59,254 bases of DNA. Source: Planctomycetota bacterium (GTDB lineage: Bacteria; Planctomycetota; Planctomycetia; Pirellulales; PNKZ01). The notes under the pieces are model-generated. The model made no database searches. It worked only from the letters and a program-made list of their open reading frames with translations, and was not told where the DNA came from. Position numbers and translations under genes: made by a program. Within the stretch, counting starts at the first letter, position 1. The number at the start of each line of letters is the position of its first letter. Shown here in pieces: positions 18,047 through 27,020 of the stretch. Location of the stretch: the NCBI GenBank assembly GCA_017303535.1, contig JAFLCO010000002.1:1-59254 (forward strand), written 5' to 3'.

Positions 18047-20708
18047 CCGAGCGCTCCGTCGCATTTGATGAAACTACTTCTCCCCTCTCCCCTTGCGGGA
18101 GAGGGGCCGGGGGTGAGGGGTCCGCGTTCTGCGACGTCTTGCCACGCCGCGTTTTCTTTTCATCGCGCTCGGCGGCCCGTTCGAGTTGCACGGCCATTCG
18201 CTCGACACGCTTCGTCCACTGCTCGCTCGACACCTGATTCTTCTGAATCCGCGCGGCCCACAAAGGAAACGCCAGCGGCGTCAATCGCGAGATTGGCTGC
18301 ACGACGATCTCGGCCGTCGTCGCGCGACGCAAGGCCGCGCTCATCCGCCGTGTTTCAAGTTGTTGCTCCAAAACTTCGCGCCGCGCTTGATCGACCAGCA
18401 GATTCTCCGGGTCGTACTCGCGGAAAACGTCGAAGATCAAACCGCTCGAGGCTTGCAGCTGCCGAGCGGCCGTCGGAGCGCCGGGATAGCCGGTGAAGAT
18501 CAAGCCGGCGACGCGGGCGATATCGCGAAATCGCCGCCGAGCCATCTCAGTGCCGTTGACGCAAGCCGCTAAGTCTTCAACCAACCCGTCGGTCGTCAGT
18601 AGCTCGCGCCACATTTCGGGCGACAAGTCAAATGGCTGGGGCGACAACAGCTCGAAGCCGTAATCGTTCGACGTGATCGTCAGCGATCGCGGCATCTTGA
18701 GCGACAACCGATGTGCGACGAGCGTCGCCAAGCCCTCGTTGACGAGCACTCCTTCAAACGGATAGACGAACGCTTGATAGCCGCGCTGCACGTGGGCCAT
18801 TTCGATCAGTAACTCACCGGACCGCGGCACGCGTGACCAATTCGCTTGAATCTCCAAGATGGCCCGGGCTCTCTGAGTTTCCGGCGTATCAAATCGGCCC
18901 GCCGCGACTTCGCCCAGTTTCGCACGGACGCCCGACGCCAACTCGGTCGACAGCGGCAGTCGGCCCCCTTCCCATCGCGGCACCGTGCCCGAGGGCTTCG
19001 TGGCTTTGCGGACGTAGGCTTTCAAATCGCGGAACCTTACGAACTCAAGCGTCTTACCGGCGAACAAGAATACGTCACCCGGCTTAAGTCTTGCGATGAA
19101 CGATTCTTCGATCGTGCCGAGCCGCGGGCCTTTGAGATACTGCACGGCCACGGCGGCGTCACTCGTGATCGTGCCGATCGTCATTCGGTGCAGACGGGCC
19201 GTTTGCGGCGATCGAATGACGTGCCGACCGCCATCTTGCACGAGCTTTGAATACATCGGATAAGCCCGTAGCGCCGGGCCGCCCCGTTCCACGAAGTCGA
19301 GCGTCCAGCGCCATTGCTCAGGCGTGAGATCACGGAAGGCGCGCGTCGTGCGAACTTCATGGTAGAGCGCATCCGCATCGACCCCTTCGCCCAGCGCCAT
19401 CGTCACGACGTGCTGAGCCAGCACATCGAGCGGGTTATCCAGAGGTTGCCGCCCTTCCAACCGTCGGGCCGCCGCCGCCTCGCGGGCCGCCGCATACTCG
19501 ACAAGTTCGAAAGCGTGCGTCGGCACGCAGAGAATCTTGCTCACCGCGCCGGGCCGATGTCCGCTCCGGCCGGCCCTTTGCAGCAGCCGCGCGATCCCCT
19601 TGGGGCTGCCGATCTGAATCACCTGATCGACGGGCGAGAAATCAACGCCCAGATCCAAGCTCGACGTGCAGACGACGCACTTTATCGTGCCGCCGCGCGT
19701 GCGACCTTCGACGTATTCGCGCAAGCCGCGATCGAGCGAACCGTGATGGAGCGCAATCTCTGCCGCCCACTTCGGTCGGGCATGCAGAATCTCGCGAAAC
19801 CAAATCTCGGCCTGACTCCGGGTGTTGGTAAATACGAGCGTGCTCTGCGCCTTATCAATCGCCTCGACCACTTGCGGGAGCATTCGCTTGCCGAGGTGGC
19901 CGGCCCACGGGAAGCGTTCCATCGTCGGCGGCAACAACGTTTCGACGGTCGTCGCCTTGGGCGCGGTGCCGTGAATCAACACGCCCGCACCCGACATATT
20001 TCCCAGCAACACGTCGCGAGCTTCTTCGAGATTGCCGAGCGTCGCCGAAAGACCCCACGTCCTTAAGTTCGGCACGTATTGTCGCAGCCGTGCCAGGCCG
20101 AGTTCCGTTTGCACGCCTCGCTTGTTGCCGATGAGTTCGTGCCATTCATCAACCACGACGCAGCGGAGCGATTGAAATCGCTCGCGGGCATCGCCGTAGG
20201 AAAGCAACAGTGACAAGCTCTCCGGCGTGGTGACCAGGGCCGTCGGCATCCGGGCCTTCTGCCGACGCCGCTCGGCCGCGGAAGCGTCGCCGGTGCGGAG
20301 GCCGACGGACCAGTTGAGCCCGAGTTCTTTGATGGGCCGCTCGAGATTGACGACGAGGTCATTCGCAAGGGCCCGCATCGGCGTGATCCAGAGCAAACGC
20401 AACGGATCAGCGACACGTTCATTCGATTTGCGCGAACGCCTCCCCTCTCCCCTTGCGGGAGAGGGGCCGGGGGTGAGGGGTTCCGCGTCGCCACGAACTT
20501 GTGCCTCACGTTCGCGGAGCCCCTCTTCCACTACACCGAGCCAAACGGAATATGATTTCCCCGTCCCGGTCGAAGCGTGCACCAATCCGCTACGGCCGGC
20601 TAAGTAAGCTCGCCAGGCGTCGCGTTGGAATTCAAACGCGTTCCACCCCTGGCTTGCGAACCAGCGGTCGATATGAAACTCGGCGTTGTCGGCCGTGCGA
20701 CGAATCAC
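18033..20708 (-). CDS. lhr: Ligase-associated Lhr-type DExH-box helicase
   Basis: Walker A is TGTGKS and the DExH motif is VVDEWHEL. Also present are SATLGN, helicase C motifs (VCTSSLDLGVDF, RAGRSGH) and an Lhr-like winged-helix/C-terminal region. The GTG start at 20708 overlaps the ligase stop. Confidence 0.9.
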   Translation of the reverse strand: MIRRTADNAEFHIDRWFASQGWNAFEFQRDAWRAYLAGRSGLVHASTGTGKSYSVWLGVVEEGLREREAQVRGDAEPLTPGPSPARGEGRRSRKSNERVADPLRLLWITPMRALANDLVVNLERPIKELGLNWSVGLRTGDASAAERRRQKARMPTALVTTPESLSLLLSYGDARERFQSLRCVVVDEWHELIGNKRGVQTELGLARLRQYVPNLRTWGLSATLGNLEEARDVLLGNMSGAGVLIHGTAPKATTVETLLPPTMERFPWAGHLGKRMLPQVVEAIDKAQSTLVFTNTRSQAEIWFREILHARPKWAAEIALHHGSLDRGLREYVEGRTRGGTIKCVVCTSSLDLGVDFSPVDQVIQIGSPKGIARLLQRAGRSGHRPGAVSKILCVPTHAFELVEYAAAREAAAARRLEGRQPLDNPLDVLAQHVVTMALGEGVDADALYHEVRTTRAFRDLTPEQWRWTLDFVERGGPALRAYPMYSKLVQDGGRHVIRSPQTARLHRMTIGTITSDAAVAVQYLKGPRLGTIEESFIARLKPGDVFLFAGKTLEFVRFRDLKAYVRKATKPSGTVPRWEGGRLPLSTELASGVRAKLGEVAAGRFDTPETQRARAILEIQANWSRVPRSGELLIEMAHVQRGYQAFVYPFEGVLVNEGLATLVAHRLSLKMPRSLTITSNDYGFELLSPQPFDLSPEMWRELLTTDGLVEDLAACVNGTEMARRRFRDIARVAGLIFTGYPGAPTAARQLQASSGLIFDVFREYDPENLLVDQARREVLEQQLETRRMSAALRRATTAEIVVQPISRLTPLAFPLWAARIQKNQVSSEQWTKRVERMAVQLERAAERDEKKTRRGKTSQNADPSPPAPLPQGERGEVVSSNATERSDAAI
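18080..18121. repeat. 42-nt palindromic element, copy A, inside the 3' tail of lhr
   Basis: CTCCCCTCTCCCCTTGCGGGAGAGGGGCCGGGGGTGAGGGGT is identical to 20440..20481. It forms a 10-bp stem CCCCTCTCCC/GGGAGAGGGG with a 5-nt loop. Confidence 0.9.
20440..20481. repeat. 42-nt palindromic element, copy B, inside the N-terminal helicase domain of lhr
   Basis: Identical 42-mer in the same orientation as copy A. With one indel, similarity continues into (T)CCGCGT. Confidence 0.9.
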
Positions 20709-22402
20709 GGTTGTCGCACCTCCGCGGTCGATGGGTCTTCCACGTCGTCGTCGAGATCAAATAGCGTCGACTGTCGCGACACGCGCGGGTGTAAATCCTC
20801 GCGCCCCATGCCCGCTAGTTGCACGAGCGTTTCCAGCGAATCGGCCTCGGCCGGCGGTTTGTCGTGACGCCAACGATGCATGCGAGGAAACCTCACGGCG
20901 ATGCCGGCCCGATGCCGCGAAGAAACTTGAATCCCTTCGAAGTGAAGTTCGAACACCAGCCGCGGTTCGACCTCGCGCACCGGGCCGAACTTGTCGATGG
21001 TGTGAGCCCGGATGAAAGCGTCGACTCGGCGAATCTCCTCGTCGGTCAACCCGCTGTAAGCTTTCGCAACCGGCACGAGGCGGCGCATGTCCCAGACGCC
21101 GAAGGTGTAGTCGGTGTAGAGGCCGGCCCGTTTGCCGTGGCCGGCCTGCGCGTACATCAGCACGGCATCGATCGAGTACGGCACCGCCTTCCACTTCCAC
21201 CACGGTCCGCGGCGGCGACCGACGCCGTACGGCGCGTCGAGCCGCTTGATCATCAGACCTTCGACCTGCTGGGCGCGGGCCCGCCCGTATTGACGTTCGA
21301 GTTCGTCCCAAGTTTGAAAATTGACGACAGGCGAGAGCTGCAAGCGAGGCTGCGAGACTTGACGGACGATTTGCTCCAGGCGTTCGCGGCGTTCGCTTAA
21401 CGGGCGTTCGCGAAAGTCAACGCCTTCGACTTCGAGCAGGTCATACGCGAGGAAGGCGACAGGCGCTTCTTTGAGAACTCGCGGCGTTATGCTCTTGCGG
21501 CCGATTCGCTTTTGTAGCGCGGCGAACGGCAGCGGACGGTCGTCGCGCCAGGCGAGGATCTCACCGTCGAGAACCGTACCGAGCGGCAAGGCGTCGAGCA
21601 GCGGATGTAGTTCGGGGAATCGCTCGGTGACGAGTTCTTCACCGCGCGACCAAAGCGCGGTGACCGAATTGCCGGAGGCGTCGGCTCGTCGCAAAGCTTG
21701 GCCGCGGATACCGTCCCACTTCCACTCGGCCTGCCACTCGTGCGGGTCGCCCAGGTCTTGCACCGGCTCATCAAGGGCATACGCCAAGAAGAACGGATAC
21801 GGCCGCGCCGGATCGTCGCCGAGATCGCCGGAGATAAACTTCTGGTACTGCTCCGGCGTCGGTTGCCAGTCGCCTGCCAGACGGTGGGCCATCAGCGGAG
21901 CGGAAACTTCCGCCGCCGCGGCCAGAGCGCGAACGACGAGCGTCTGAGCGACGCCGACGCGAAACTCTCCCGTAATCAGCTTGTGGTAGACCAAGCGTTC
22001 GTGATCGTCGAACAGCCGCCATGCTTCGCGCACCAGCCGACGTTGCACGGCCGGCTCAGCATCGACGAGCGGCAAAACCTGCTTCTCGACGACTTCGACA
22101 AGCGACTCGTCACGCGCCCCTTCCGGCGGCGGCAAGATCCAAGCCAGCGTTTCACCGAGATCACCGACGGCTTCGTAGCTACGTTCGACGAGCCAGAGCG
22201 GCAACGCGGCCGCTTCGGCGGCCCACTCGCGCAAAGCCCTAGTCTTGATAAGCCGCTTGAGCTTGCGACCGGTCAGAAAGTACAAGGCCCACGCGGCATC
22301 GGCGGCCGGCGCCGAGCGGAAGTAGTCGGTCAACAGCGACGTCTTCTCGCTGGTGCGGGTCGTACCGTCGAGCCGGCGAAAGAGTTCGGCGAATTGTTTC
22401 AC
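20705..22402 (-). CDS. ATP-dependent DNA ligase (ligase-associated damage-response type)
   Basis: The adenylation motif I is EWKWDGIRGQ. The N-terminal DNA-binding-like domain and an OB-fold C-terminus are present. The GTG start at 22402 overlaps the upstream stop (GTGA). Confidence 0.9.
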   Translation of the reverse strand: MKQFAELFRRLDGTTRTSEKTSLLTDYFRSAPAADAAWALYFLTGRKLKRLIKTRALREWAAEAAALPLWLVERSYEAVGDLGETLAWILPPPEGARDESLVEVVEKQVLPLVDAEPAVQRRLVREAWRLFDDHERLVYHKLITGEFRVGVAQTLVVRALAAAAEVSAPLMAHRLAGDWQPTPEQYQKFISGDLGDDPARPYPFFLAYALDEPVQDLGDPHEWQAEWKWDGIRGQALRRADASGNSVTALWSRGEELVTERFPELHPLLDALPLGTVLDGEILAWRDDRPLPFAALQKRIGRKSITPRVLKEAPVAFLAYDLLEVEGVDFRERPLSERRERLEQIVRQVSQPRLQLSPVVNFQTWDELERQYGRARAQQVEGLMIKRLDAPYGVGRRRGPWWKWKAVPYSIDAVLMYAQAGHGKRAGLYTDYTFGVWDMRRLVPVAKAYSGLTDEEIRRVDAFIRAHTIDKFGPVREVEPRLVFELHFEGIQVSSRHRAGIAVRFPRMHRWRHDKPPAEADSLETLVQLAGMGREDLHPRVSRQSTLFDLDDDVEDPSTAEVRQP

Positions 22403-23508
22403 GATGCCGCCTCCGCGCCGGCGGCGACGGCTTCCCGCGACGTCGTATCTTGAGCGGCGGCTTGTTGTTCGGCTGCGGCGTCTTCCGTTGTGGCCGCATC
22501 GGTCTCGGTCAGCGTTTCTTCGAGAGCTTCCCCTTTGAATCGCGTCTCAATCGGAATCGCGTACAGTTTCTTCTCTTCCGAGAGATAGCGGGCAAACGGC
22601 TCCGTGTAGCCGTGCGTGACCCACACTTCTTCGGCCCCGGTCGCCGCGATCGCCTCGCAAAGACCTGGCCAATCGGCGTGGTCGGAGAGTACGAAACCGC
22701 GATCGACACCCCGCCGACGCCGCGTGCCGCGCACGCGCATCCACCCGCTGCAGACGGCCGTCGACACGGGGCCGAACTTTCGCAACCACGGCCCGCCGAG
22801 AACCGACGGCGGTGCGACGACGAGCGCCTTGCCGCCGGCCGCGCGAACGCTCGTCGCCGAAGCATGGGCCGTCTCCGGCAGCGTGACGCCGGCCTCGCGA
22901 TAAATCGGCAGAAATCGTTGCAACGCGCCATGCACCAGCAACGGACCATGAAGTTGAAGTAGTTCGGCCAGCACACGTTGGGCTTTGCCCAGCGAGTACG
23001 CGCAGATCACGCTCGTGCGCCCTTCGGCGGCGTTGGCTTGCCACCAAGCGTCAACGTCGCGCATGACATCCGGCGTCGCTTGCCAGCGATAGATCGGCAG
23101 GGCGAACGTCGCTTCGGTTATGAAGTGTCGGCAGCGGACCGGTTCGAATGCCGCGCACGTTCGGTCGGGCTGAACTTTGTAATCGCCGCTCGCGACGCAG
23201 ACGTCGCCCTGGTATTCGATCCGCACTTGCGCCGAACCGAGCACATGGCCGGCCGGATAGAACGAAACCTTGACGCCGTTGACGACCACCGACTCGCCGT
23301 ACGGCAAGCCTTCGACATCTTGCGGGCCGACGCGGGCCGTGAGCACGGGGACGTTCGCCGCCGCCGTCAGATACTTCTTCGACCCCCAGCGCAGGTGATC
23401 GCTATGCGAGTGCGTGATGACGGCGCGGTCGACCGGCGACCAGGGATCGATGTAAAAATCCCCGGCTCGGCAATAGAGACCTCGTTCCGTGTTCTCCACG
23501 AGCGACAT
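22399..23508 (-). CDS. Ligase-associated DNA damage response exonuclease (metallo-beta-lactamase/beta-CASP-like)
   Basis: The MBL motif is ITHSHSDH. It is the first gene of the cassette. The C-terminus has an acidic/Ala-rich tail. Confidence 0.85.
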   Translation of the reverse strand: MSLVENTERGLYCRAGDFYIDPWSPVDRAVITHSHSDHLRWGSKKYLTAAANVPVLTARVGPQDVEGLPYGESVVVNGVKVSFYPAGHVLGSAQVRIEYQGDVCVASGDYKVQPDRTCAAFEPVRCRHFITEATFALPIYRWQATPDVMRDVDAWWQANAAEGRTSVICAYSLGKAQRVLAELLQLHGPLLVHGALQRFLPIYREAGVTLPETAHASATSVRAAGGKALVVAPPSVLGGPWLRKFGPVSTAVCSGWMRVRGTRRRRGVDRGFVLSDHADWPGLCEAIAATGAEEVWVTHGYTEPFARYLSEEKKLYAIPIETRFKGEALEETLTETDAATTEDAAAEQQAAAQDTTSREAVAAGAEAAS

Positions 23509-23726
23509 GCAGCAACTCTGTTGATTTCAATCGCCCCAGGTGAATGCCCAAGGCCGCGATGCCAAAGGTCATTTTAGCGCTCGTCCATGCAACGGCCGGC
23601 AAGCGTTTGGAACCGCATAATTGCGGCTCGCGACGATCATTGCGACGTTGGACTCTGCCGCAGTTTGCATGCCGACGGAAACCCGATGAGAATGCGACCG
23701 CTTGCTCCCCTCTTCGGAGACTTTTG

Positions 23727-25595
23727 ATGCGCTGCAAATCCTCACTTTCCGCCCTTGCAACGTGCTTGCTGGCAGTGAGCTTCGTTTCTTTCGCCCATGG
23801 GGCGGAGGCGAAGACGCAAGCGTCGGGCACGCCTGCGGCAACTCAAAGTGCAGCTAAGCCGGTCGCGCTGCTGCCTGACGACTCGCGGCGGTGGTCGCAG
23901 GTTGAACAGGCCGTGTTGCTGAGCGATCTATCAAAGGCCGAACCGGCGTCGGCCCACACTTCCGGGCGGCGTGAAAAAGGAAAATGGAAGACGATTCCGT
24001 ATGCCGTCGAGGGCTTTGAAGGAGTGGCGTTGTCAACGCTCCGCGACACGCAAGCCGCGCGGGTACGCCTGCCGCTGGGCGTGAAAGGCCCGCACGCCGT
24101 GTACGTCGGCGTCTGCACGACCTCGATGGGCTTGGACAATACCGACGAGAACTCGCTGCAGGTTAAGCTCAGCGGCGAGAACGTCTACAGCCGAGTCTCG
24201 TGCACGTTACCGCTGTTGAAGCCGCGCCGTGATCAGATTGAAGAAGTGTTCGTAACGGCCGCCGACCTCGCCGGGCAGGGCTTAGACATTTCTCCGCAAC
24301 CGCATCTGCCAAGCACGCTTTGCTACGTGAAGCTGGTGCCGCTGACCGACGCGGAGTTTGCCGAGTGGCGAGAGCCGGTGCCGAAAGAACTCCGCACGGC
24401 CGTGGCGACGTTCGACGGGCACAGTTGGATCTGGCCGTTTCAACCTCGTACCGCCGACGACCTGCGGATCACGTTCAAAGGGATGGAGCGGAGCGACGTC
24501 GGCAAATGGTGGTTCCAAGTGCTGGGTGCCGACATTGTTTGCTATCCGTCGAAGCTCGGCACGATCTCGGGCGAAGGGACGGAAGATTTCTGCCGCTGGG
24601 AATACAAGGAGTACACGGAGTCGCTCGAAGCGCTCTTCAAAGCCGGCGTGAACCCGTTGGCCGTGGCGCGCGAAGAGGCCCGTAAGCAAGGGACGGAGTT
24701 CCACGTGATGATCCGGCCGGCGGGCTGGGGCGCGTCGTACCCTTGGGATGAAATTTTTCGCAGCAAGTTCTTCGTCGAACACCCTGAGTGGCGCTGCGTC
24801 GACCGTGACGGGACGCCGACGCTCTTCATGAGCTACGCCTATCCTGAAGTGCGCAAGCGCGTGCTCGACATTTTGGCGGAGACGTTGGAACTGCAGCCGG
24901 ACGGCGTCGGGTTTCTGTTTCATCGCGGCATGCCGATGATGCTCTGGGAACAGCCGGTCTGCGATTTGTTTAAGTCGAAAAATGGCGAGGATGCCCGTAA
25001 GGTGGCCGAAGACGATCCGCGGCTCTTGGACCTCCGGGCCGAGATGATGACGACCGTCTTGCGCGAGGTGCGCACATTGCTCGACGAAACGGCGCGGCGG
25101 CAGGGTCGCACGACGCCGTACAAAGTCACGCTCGCCACATTCAGCAAAGAGGCGGACAACCGGAAGTTCGGCTTTGATATTCGCCGCTGGGCCCGCGAAG
25201 GTTTGGTCGACGACCTCGGCCCGGCGTTCTTCGCGCACCACACGTCGTTTCAGCAGCCGGACATGAAGTACTACACCGACGCGATCGCCGGCACGAAGGT
25301 GACGCTCCATCCGGTGGTAATCGCGTGGCACTCCGGCGCGCCGAAGCAACTTTGCACGCGAGTCACGGAGTTCTACAAGGCCGGCGCCGACGGCATCTGC
25401 TGCTGGGATCCCCAGGTCGAAAAGGGCTATCGCGACAAGTCGCCGGGGCACGTGTTCGATGTGGTGCGGATGTTCGGGCACCGCGATGTCATCGCACAGT
25501 GGGCAAAAGACGGCGTGCCGCTGCCGCTGATTACCCCGCTGAAGCGCATGGGCGACAACTATTACAGCCGGTGGTTTCCGAATACGGGATACTGA
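23727..25595 (+). CDS. Exported hypothetical protein, possible glycoside-hydrolase-like TIM barrel
   Basis: Start is the ATG at 23727 (MRCKSSLSALATCLLAVSFVSFAHGAEA), which gives a signal peptide. The central region (EHPEWRCVDRDG...YAYPEVRKRVLDILAE...DGVGFLFHRG) resembles GHL10/DUF187-like proteins. The functional call is weak. Confidence 0.7.
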   Translation: MRCKSSLSALATCLLAVSFVSFAHGAEAKTQASGTPAATQSAAKPVALLPDDSRRWSQVEQAVLLSDLSKAEPASAHTSGRREKGKWKTIPYAVEGFEGVALSTLRDTQAARVRLPLGVKGPHAVYVGVCTTSMGLDNTDENSLQVKLSGENVYSRVSCTLPLLKPRRDQIEEVFVTAADLAGQGLDISPQPHLPSTLCYVKLVPLTDAEFAEWREPVPKELRTAVATFDGHSWIWPFQPRTADDLRITFKGMERSDVGKWWFQVLGADIVCYPSKLGTISGEGTEDFCRWEYKEYTESLEALFKAGVNPLAVAREEARKQGTEFHVMIRPAGWGASYPWDEIFRSKFFVEHPEWRCVDRDGTPTLFMSYAYPEVRKRVLDILAETLELQPDGVGFLFHRGMPMMLWEQPVCDLFKSKNGEDARKVAEDDPRLLDLRAEMMTTVLREVRTLLDETARRQGRTTPYKVTLATFSKEADNRKFGFDIRRWAREGLVDDLGPAFFAHHTSFQQPDMKYYTDAIAGTKVTLHPVVIAWHSGAPKQLCTRVTEFYKAGADGICCWDPQVEKGYRDKSPGHVFDVVRMFGHRDVIAQWAKDGVPLPLITPLKRMGDNYYSRWFPNTGY

Positions 25596-25597
25596 GC

Positions 25598-25618
25598 GAG
25601 TGGGGAGTGGGGAATGAG
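25598..25618. repeat. GAGTGGGGAGTGGGGAATGAG motif spanning the 18-nt gap and the next start codon
   Basis: A member of the GTGGGGAGTGGGGA family also seen at 43073..43112, 43241..43277 (reverse) and 30521..30557 (reverse). It contains the ATG at 25614. Confidence 0.6.
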
Positions 25619-26867
25619 CACTGAGATGAAATCAAACGTGATGAGCGTCGTTTATTTCGCGCTCGTGTTCGCTTGCGGGGACGCAGGAGCTGTGGCGCAA
25701 GAGCCCGTTCCGCCGGCGCGATCGACGCTAGGGAAGCCAACGCCCGTCGCGACGAAGCCGGCCGTGCGGAAGTTCGTCGCTGAGGATCTACCAACGGCGA
25801 AGGTGCCGCACAAAATCACGATGCTGACGCTCGACGGCAAGCCGGCCGATTGGCGGACGCTCGACTTCGCGACGCTGCCGGTCGTCGGCGGGGAGCACGC
25901 CGTGGTGAGTGCGCCGGATGCCGAGTGGGGTTTCCGCTTGCACAACTATTTGATTCACCACGACGGCCGGTACTGGTGCATGTGGTCGCACGGACCGAAG
26001 GTCGAAGACTGGCCGACGCAGCATGTGCGGTACGCCGTGAGCGACGACGGACTCCAGTGGAGCGAAGCCCGGCCGATCATGCAGCCGCCGGCCGACCCGT
26101 ACGCATTCATTGCCCGAGGCTTCTGGCTCCGCGACGGCGAACTCTTGGCGCTGGCGGCCCGTTACAAAGGACACGGGGCGTTCGGAGTCGACAAAGAGCT
26201 AACGCTCGAGGCCTACGTGTGGGACAAAAGTGCGGACGCGTGGAAGCACAAAGGGCGCGTCTACGACAACGCGATCAACAACTTCGCGCCGCAGAAGCTT
26301 TCGAGCGGTCCGTGGATGACGACGCGCCGTGATGCGCGTTTCAACTGCACGATGCTCGTCGGCGGTGTGAAAGCCTTGGACGATTGGAAGGCATTTCCCG
26401 TTTCAGGCTACCGGAATCCGGAAACGAAGTTCGCGCCGGACGAGCCGATCTTTTGGGAACAGCCCGACGGCCGGCTCGTCGCCGCTTTTCGCGACAACGG
26501 CGGCTCGATGCGGCTGTTTCAAGCCACTTCGAATGATCAAGGCCGGACCTGGACGAAGCCGGAACTGACCAACTACCCTAACGCCACGAGCAAGGTTTAC
26601 TCGTTGCGACTTGCAGGCGACGGGCCGCTGGCGATGATCGGGAATGCGAATCCGAAAATCGGCCGGCGAGAAATGTACGTCGGGCTCTCCGATGACGGAC
26701 TCACCTTCACGCGGCTCGTGCGGCTCGACATTCCATCGCCGCGGGCCACGACGTTCCAGTACCCACACGCGATTGAGCACGACGGGCATTTGCTGATTGC
26801 GTTTTCGAACAAGAAGACGCAGATCGAAGTGCTGAAGGTGCCGGTGGACCGCTTAAAGGTCCAATGA
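25614..26867 (+). CDS. Exported BNR/Asp-box repeat protein (sialidase-like beta-propeller)
   Basis: A signal-like N-terminus is present. Asp-box motifs are SDDGLQWS and SNDQGRTWT. Confidence 0.8.
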   Translation: MSTEMKSNVMSVVYFALVFACGDAGAVAQEPVPPARSTLGKPTPVATKPAVRKFVAEDLPTAKVPHKITMLTLDGKPADWRTLDFATLPVVGGEHAVVSAPDAEWGFRLHNYLIHHDGRYWCMWSHGPKVEDWPTQHVRYAVSDDGLQWSEARPIMQPPADPYAFIARGFWLRDGELLALAARYKGHGAFGVDKELTLEAYVWDKSADAWKHKGRVYDNAINNFAPQKLSSGPWMTTRRDARFNCTMLVGGVKALDDWKAFPVSGYRNPETKFAPDEPIFWEQPDGRLVAAFRDNGGSMRLFQATSNDQGRTWTKPELTNYPNATSKVYSLRLAGDGPLAMIGNANPKIGRREMYVGLSDDGLTFTRLVRLDIPSPRATTFQYPHAIEHDGHLLIAFSNKKTQIEVLKVPVDRLKVQ

Positions 26868-26899
26868 CCAAGCACCAAACTCCAAACAAGCATTAAAGC
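26857..26899. repeat. Single copy of the ATGACCAAGCACCA...CCAAACAA repeat overlapping the stop codon of 25614..26867
   Basis: AAGGTCCAATGACCAAGCACCAAACTCCAAACAAGCATTAAAGC matches the left arm at 41187..41230 at most positions by eye. The TGA stop (26865..26867) lies inside it. Confidence 0.7.
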
Positions 26900-27020
26900 T
26901 TAATGACCGAATGCTCGCCGTAGCGCCGGCACGCGCTCGTGCGAACATTCGGCCATTTTGAATCTTGATCGCGATGTGCGGAATGCCACGGTGGGCGTTG
27001 CCTACAGTCGTGGATGACGC

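Noticed and set aside
24282-25481. Minus-strand 399-aa ORF
   Set aside because: It lies antisense to the exported 23727..25595 gene and has an Arg/His/Pro-rich shadow composition.
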